From positions 3,328,001-3,392,000 of the forward strand of contig CAVUDP010000002.1 in the NCBI GenBank assembly GCA_963740315.1: DNA of 64,000 nucleotides, read 5' to 3'. A program made the position numbers and the translations under genes. The DNA is from an uncultured cyanobacterium. GTDB lineage: Bacteria; Cyanobacteriota; Cyanobacteriia; Cyanobacteriales; Nostocaceae. Below are positions 59,440 through 64,000 of the stretch, one piece after another. The notes under the pieces were generated by a model. It saw only the letters and a list, made by a program, of their open reading frames with translations, was not told where the DNA came from and searched no databases. Every line of letters starts with the position of its first letter. The first letter of the stretch is position 1.

Positions 59440-60879
59440 TTAGGTTAATGGCTTTCTAATCGGAATTGTATCTGCTAACAAGGGAACAGATGTTCGAGCG
59501 TAAGCTCTAGTTTGTTCGAGAATTTGTTCCACCTCCTCAGTTGAAAGGCGCTCAACGTAATTGAGTTTAACTTCTTCTAAGAAGTCGATTAATAAGCTTT
59601 GTATTTCTGAGAGTACTTGTTTTTTTTGGATTTCGTCCGTCATTGCTTTTGAAAAGCGTTTTACCAGTTGGCTTGAGAGTTTGGCGGAAACTGGATCTGC
59701 TGTTGCGGACACTAAAGCATGGTAAAGATTTGTCGCAATTTGAATTGCCAACTGTTCGCTTAACTGATGAGGCATTTGTCCAAGTCCCGGCAGGTTTCGG
59801 AGATTGCGATAGATCGGAGACTGGTTAAATGCGCTATCTATATTGTGCTGTAAAAGAGCAATTATTTCCGGTTGGATTTTTGGTAGCACTTGATAAATAA
59901 CTGTTTGTACGAAAATTCCTGCCAAAGCTTCTATTTCATTAACGTTATTGATGTCTATATAAGGACGTAATGTTTGACTTTGTTGCAGCCAGCGAGTTAA
60001 ATTCCCTTGTTTTATTGAACTTTGAGTTTGATTTATAACTCGTACTACTACAATTTGCGTTATTTCTTCGGCAAAATTAGCTACAATCCCTTGTTGAGCT
60101 TCATATCGTATACTTTGTAAATTTAATAACTCTGCTTTTTCTAAACGAAATAATACAGGTATTATTCGCAACCAACGCCAAAAGGGTAAGATTAAAAATA
60201 TATCGTACCAGCGCCACAAAATAGCATTTAACCAACTAAATCCTAGATGACGGCGTTTTATATAGTAACTACGCGCTAATAATTCAACTGTAAATAAAAT
60301 TACAAAGGGTAAGTCAATTATCCAAAAATTATCTATAAATTCTCCATTTTCGCCAATTTGTCGATAGTAGTTAGTGGCAATTAATGGTTTAATTTGTTTG
60401 TCAAAAAAGTTTAGCTCTTTATCTACACCTTGTTTTAATAAATAATCGGTACTCCAGAAAGTTGAAAAAGAACGTTTTGAGGAATCATTTGAGAGGCGAT
60501 CGCGCATCCGATTTTTGATTTTTTCCAAAGTACCGCTTTTAGAAGCTGCTGCAAATGGATTATTTTCGATTGTTTCTAGGCTCAAACTGCGTAATTCTTC
60601 TATTTTGCTTGCAGATAGTGGCGATTCTAATCCTGTTTCGTTAATTTGCTGCTCCAATTCTTCTACAGTGCTTAAATAATTTTCAGTTTCTCGATGAGGT
60701 TCAATTCCTTTTACAGGATCGTATATTTTTTGGATTTGAGGCAAGTTACGTAAGTAAAAATCACGCCATCCAATGTAAGTTAAGTTAAATAATACCAATC
60801 CCAAGTTTACTGTCGCGGTAAACGCCATCAATCTTTCAAACCAAAGGTTTCGCTTTTTAGCAGGTTCTTTACTTGTCAT
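59440..60879 (-). CDS. membrane protein with ion-transport S1-S4-like helices and no pore motif
   Basis: IDLPFVILFTVELLAR, WYDIFLILP, WRWLRIIPVLFRL; long helical C-terminus. Confidence 0.6.
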   Translation of the reverse strand: MTSKEPAKKRNLWFERLMAFTATVNLGLVLFNLTYIGWRDFYLRNLPQIQKIYDPVKGIEPHRETENYLSTVEELEQQINETGLESPLSASKIEELRSLSLETIENNPFAAASKSGTLEKIKNRMRDRLSNDSSKRSFSTFWSTDYLLKQGVDKELNFFDKQIKPLIATNYYRQIGENGEFIDNFWIIDLPFVILFTVELLARSYYIKRRHLGFSWLNAILWRWYDIFLILPFWRWLRIIPVLFRLEKAELLNLQSIRYEAQQGIVANFAEEITQIVVVRVINQTQSSIKQGNLTRWLQQSQTLRPYIDINNVNEIEALAGIFVQTVIYQVLPKIQPEIIALLQHNIDSAFNQSPIYRNLRNLPGLGQMPHQLSEQLAIQIATNLYHALVSATADPVSAKLSSQLVKRFSKAMTDEIQKKQVLSEIQSLLIDFLEEVKLNYVERLSTEEVEQILEQTRAYARTSVPLLADTIPIRKPLT

Positions 60880-61241
60880 TTTTTCTCAGTACTATTACAT
60901 ATTTAAAATTGAATACAGCGTAATTTATTTACTATTTGTCCAATTTTCTATAGTGCTTATCACTGTGTAAAATCAGCTTTTATAAGAGTATTTTGTATCA
61001 CTTGAAACATTGATTCAATTCAAAATTATTAAGCTATTTATACAAACTATTTAAGATACATCTATAGGAAGATGACAAAAATATTTAATTATAAATATTT
61101 AAAATAATTACAAATAATTTAGATTAATCAAAAAAACATTAATAATAAGAAAAATTTTTGAGAAAAATAGCTTAAATAAACTTAAAATGCAGCTGTAAGG
61201 CTTAAACATGCTGCCGAATTTAATGACTCGGAGTTTTAATC

Positions 61242-62030
61242 ATGTGGTGTGAGTTTAGTAATAAAAGTATTAGTGTAGCAACTGCCTGCTTGATTGCAGG
61301 TGGTGTAGCAGTTTCGAGTACGGTAATAGCCGCTCGTCAGCGGAATTATACTCCACGAGAATTTCGTTCTGTCTTGTACGGATTGGGATACAACGTGAGA
61401 GTATCAAACGAGCCGATGACAGATGCTCAAACAAGAAAAGCAATCCGCGAATTTCAACGGGGGTACAAGATAGGAGTTGACGGTGTAGCAGGACCAAATA
61501 CTCAAAATCTTGCTGCCGAAATTGTTAGAAGTCTCAAGAACAATTTGAATTTGGTAGCTAATCCCAATCCGGAGTTACCTCTCAATCAATTTTACGGACC
61601 AAGAACTCAAGACGTAGTTAAGGAATATCAGGAAAACTTACAGGTAGAACAAACTGGAATCGCTGACTTGGCTTTGCGGCAAAGACTTAATCAACAAGCA
61701 AAACAAGATCCAGCAACACCGGAGGTAACACCATCACCAACCGCGACACCAGAAGTAACTCCAACTCCTGTTATACCATCACCTACACCTACACCAGAAG
61801 AAACACCCGAAGTAACGCCAATACCGGAGGCAACACCCCTACCGACACCATCACCAACAGCGACACCAGAAGTAACTCCAACTCCGGTACTACCAGAACC
61901 AACACCGATTCCAACTCCTACGGAATCACCCGAAGATGAAGATGAGCCAACACCGATTCCCACTCCTACGGAATCACCCGAAGATGAAGATGAGCCAACA
62001 CCGATTCCAACTCCTACGGAATTACCATAG
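61242..62030 (+). CDS. peptidoglycan-binding domain protein with Pro/Thr-rich repeat tail
   Basis: Signal-like N-terminus; TRKAIREFQ...VDGVAGPNT and YGPRTQDVVKEYQ...TGIA; PT repeats. Confidence 0.88.
   Translation: MWCEFSNKSISVATACLIAGGVAVSSTVIAARQRNYTPREFRSVLYGLGYNVRVSNEPMTDAQTRKAIREFQRGYKIGVDGVAGPNTQNLAAEIVRSLKNNLNLVANPNPELPLNQFYGPRTQDVVKEYQENLQVEQTGIADLALRQRLNQQAKQDPATPEVTPSPTATPEVTPTPVIPSPTPTPEETPEVTPIPEATPLPTPSPTATPEVTPTPVLPEPTPIPTPTESPEDEDEPTPIPTPTESPEDEDEPTPIPTPTELP
61899..62022 (+). repeat. 48-bp coding tandem repeat (PTPIPTPTESPEDEDE), two full copies plus a partial third
   Basis: Units start at 61899, 61947 and 61995. Confidence 0.9.
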
Positions 62031-62159
62031 AAGGTTAAAGGGGCATTGGAAATAGTTAGGAGTGAGGAGTAATTAAGGTCAAAGGTTAAAATTCTCCTTG
62101 TCTCCTTGTCTCCTTGTCTCCCCATCCCTCTATTCCCCTATCCCCCATCACCCATATCT

Positions 62160-63047
62160 TTAACCGTTGGGTTCCTCCATCGGTCTACCTTTGGGAACCG
62201 GAAGAAGAGGACGGCGGTCATCATAAGGCATTGGGATGTACTGCACTGAAGGTCTTCCTCCTTGCGGTTGCGGGTACAGCTCCATCAGGTCGTAGACGAT
62301 TCGGGGCAGTCCGGCAGTGACGGGCAGCCCCATTTCCGTTGCTTCTTCAACGGTTATTGGGTAATCGTGAGTAACTTGTCCGGTTGTTAAAGCTTCGATA
62401 ATTTTTTCAATATTCTCTGGGTTAACTTTTTGTTTGGGGATGCAATCTTTAAGTAAAGTCCTAACAAAACGCTGTACTTGATTCATGGCTTTGCGGGATA
62501 AATCAGCCATAATCAAGGTTTGATCGTCAACTTCGCCGATAGGTTTATCTTCAGCAACTTTGATAATACTTGCAGCAGGGTAATTGCCAAGTTGGGGATC
62601 TACAGGTCCGAGAACCGCATTTTCATCCATAACGATTTCATCGGCTGCAAGGGCAAGCATTGTACCGCCACTCATGGCATAGTGAGGTACAAAAACAGTT
62701 ACTTTAGCTTGATGGCGAATTAAAGCCCTAGCAATTTGTTCGGTAGCTAAAACCAAACCACCCGGAGTGTGCAAAATTAAATCGATCGGAACATTTGACG
62801 GAGTTAAACGAATTGCTCGGAGAATTTTTTCAGAATCCTCGATGGTAATGTAGCGCGAAATGGGTACACCCAAGAAACTGATAGACTCTTGACGATGAAT
62901 CAGCAGAATTACCCGACTTTTACGTTGTTGCTGAAACCCATCGAGACTGTGGAAGCGACGATACTCCATTTTACGGCGCTGCCAAATCGGTTGCAAAGAA
63001 GAAAGCAGTAGAAAAATTCCGAATAAATCGAAAATACCAAAATTCAT
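62160..63047 (-). CDS. SDH family (ClpP-fold, DUF114) serine protease
   Basis: LHTPGGLVLA, YAMSGGTMLALAADEI, LGPVDPQ, VTHDYPI; N-terminal TM. Confidence 0.9.
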   Translation of the reverse strand: MNFGIFDLFGIFLLLSSLQPIWQRRKMEYRRFHSLDGFQQQRKSRVILLIHRQESISFLGVPISRYITIEDSEKILRAIRLTPSNVPIDLILHTPGGLVLATEQIARALIRHQAKVTVFVPHYAMSGGTMLALAADEIVMDENAVLGPVDPQLGNYPAASIIKVAEDKPIGEVDDQTLIMADLSRKAMNQVQRFVRTLLKDCIPKQKVNPENIEKIIEALTTGQVTHDYPITVEEATEMGLPVTAGLPRIVYDLMELYPQPQGGRPSVQYIPMPYDDRRPLLPVPKGRPMEEPNG

Positions 63048-63586
63048 TAGATAAATTGTTGAAATTTAAAACTTTACGTCATTCATTCTCACAATTTTTG
63101 CCACATCGGATGTCTATCTAGAGATAGTTATCGGCGAACATTTATCACTTAGCAGTTACCAGTTAAGATTTCTAAGTGCTGTTCCCCCTCTTTTCGATTT
63201 TGCCTATAGGCTAAGAAGTTGAAAACAAACAATAGGCAAACCATTAGTGAAAACTATCTCCTACTGGTATTTCTTATTGCACATCTTCTCTAGTTAAGTA
63301 AGAAAATTTGATGATAATTATTATAAATCTGCTTTAGTTGGACAAATCTTACTTAAATGTAAAATAATTACTATTAATCTTAGTAATGTACTAATATCTA
63401 ATACAGAATTAAGAAAATTTTTAATGAAGTTAATTAAAGGTTAATTGCTAATGTATTCAGGTTTCATCCGAAATACTTTAACCAAATAAGTCTTTTTAGT
63501 AAATAATATTGCTCGCTGCTTAAAAATTTTGTTTAAAATTCAAGATTTCTAGACAAAATTCGCTCAAAATTCCATTATTTAGGGCT

Positions 63587-64000
63587 ATGTTAAAAAATTT
63601 ACGGCTCAAACAGAAATTTACAGTTTTACTGCTGATAATCCTGATTTTGGGGGTTAGCGTTAGTGGATTTGCTCTATCTTTTGTATTGAGACAAAATGCT
63701 GAACGTGAAGTTGCGGAGACGGCTTTGATTTTAATGGAAACGATGAGTTCGGTTCGCAATTATACTAGTAATCAAATCAATCCAGTATTAACGGATAAAT
63801 TAGTAACAACTTTTTTACCGCAAACCGTACCCGCTTATTCGGCAAGAGAGATATTTGAAAATCTACGAAACAAAAGAAAGTATAGAGACTTTTTCTATAA
63901 AGAAGCAACACTTAATCCTACTAATCTTCGAGATAAAGCCGATCCTTTTGAAGCCAAAATTGTTGAAAGTTTTAGAAATCAGCAACAATCAGAATTAAGC
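63587..64000 (+). CDS. DUF3365 (Tll0287-like) sensor protein, partial
   Basis: Not in track (runs off end): MLKNLRLKQKFTVLL...SVRNYT...QTVPAYSAREIFENLR...FFYKEATLNPTNLRDKAD. Confidence 0.85.
   Translation, partial: MLKNLRLKQKFTVLLLIILILGVSVSGFALSFVLRQNAEREVAETALILMETMSSVRNYTSNQINPVLTDKLVTTFLPQTVPAYSAREIFENLRNKRKYRDFFYKEATLNPTNLRDKADPFEAKIVESFRNQQQSELS

Noticed and set aside
1846..60504. Frequent GCGATCGC octamers (e.g. 1846, 2244, 3908, 4557, 18365, 50767)
   Set aside because: HIP1, a well-known genome-wide cyanobacterial feature; used only as a taxonomic clue
61691..62125. 144-aa G/V/S-rich minus-strand ORF
   Set aside because: Antisense of the Pro/Thr repeat tail

Overview
64 kb chromosomal window from a filamentous cyanobacterium, most likely Nostocales (inferred from frequent HIP1 GCGATCGC sites, heptamer/octamer STRR arrays and Nostocales-type gene content). 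1-17.9 kb: a divergently organised envelope-glycosylation island with two polyprenyl-phosphate-type GT2 enzymes, two flippase candidates, a SAM methyltransferase, an unusual alpha/alpha-barrel-like enzyme and about seven GT-C-like multi-pass proteins (including two paralog pairs), ending next to dxr. 19.5-31.6 kb: conserved cyanobacterial genes (thioesterase, DUF1815, DUF2839, DUF1565-SLH, tRNA-Thr(CGT), a PleD-like diguanylate cyclase, CRR7, ppk1) plus two small ORFs absent from the ORF track. 31.7-37.7 kb: a four-gene subunit-subunit-chaperone-usher operon that looks like a chaperone-usher-type pilus system, the best candidate here for an uncharacterised system. 38.7-52.6 kb: RppB-like kinase, TPR and sigma-like genes, and lysS flanked by accessory modules (a nuclease-like/acidic-partner pair, a DUF433-DUF5615 toxin-antitoxin pair and an SDH protease). 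53-59 kb: rimP-nusA-ylxR-infB. The end holds a voltage-sensor-like membrane protein, a peptidoglycan-binding Pro/Thr-rich protein, a second SDH protease and a partial DUF3365 gene. No CRISPR array, rRNA, integrase or transposase was seen, but many small palindromic or MITE-like elements are nested in the STRR arrays. Family assignments are by motif recognition only; no searches were run.
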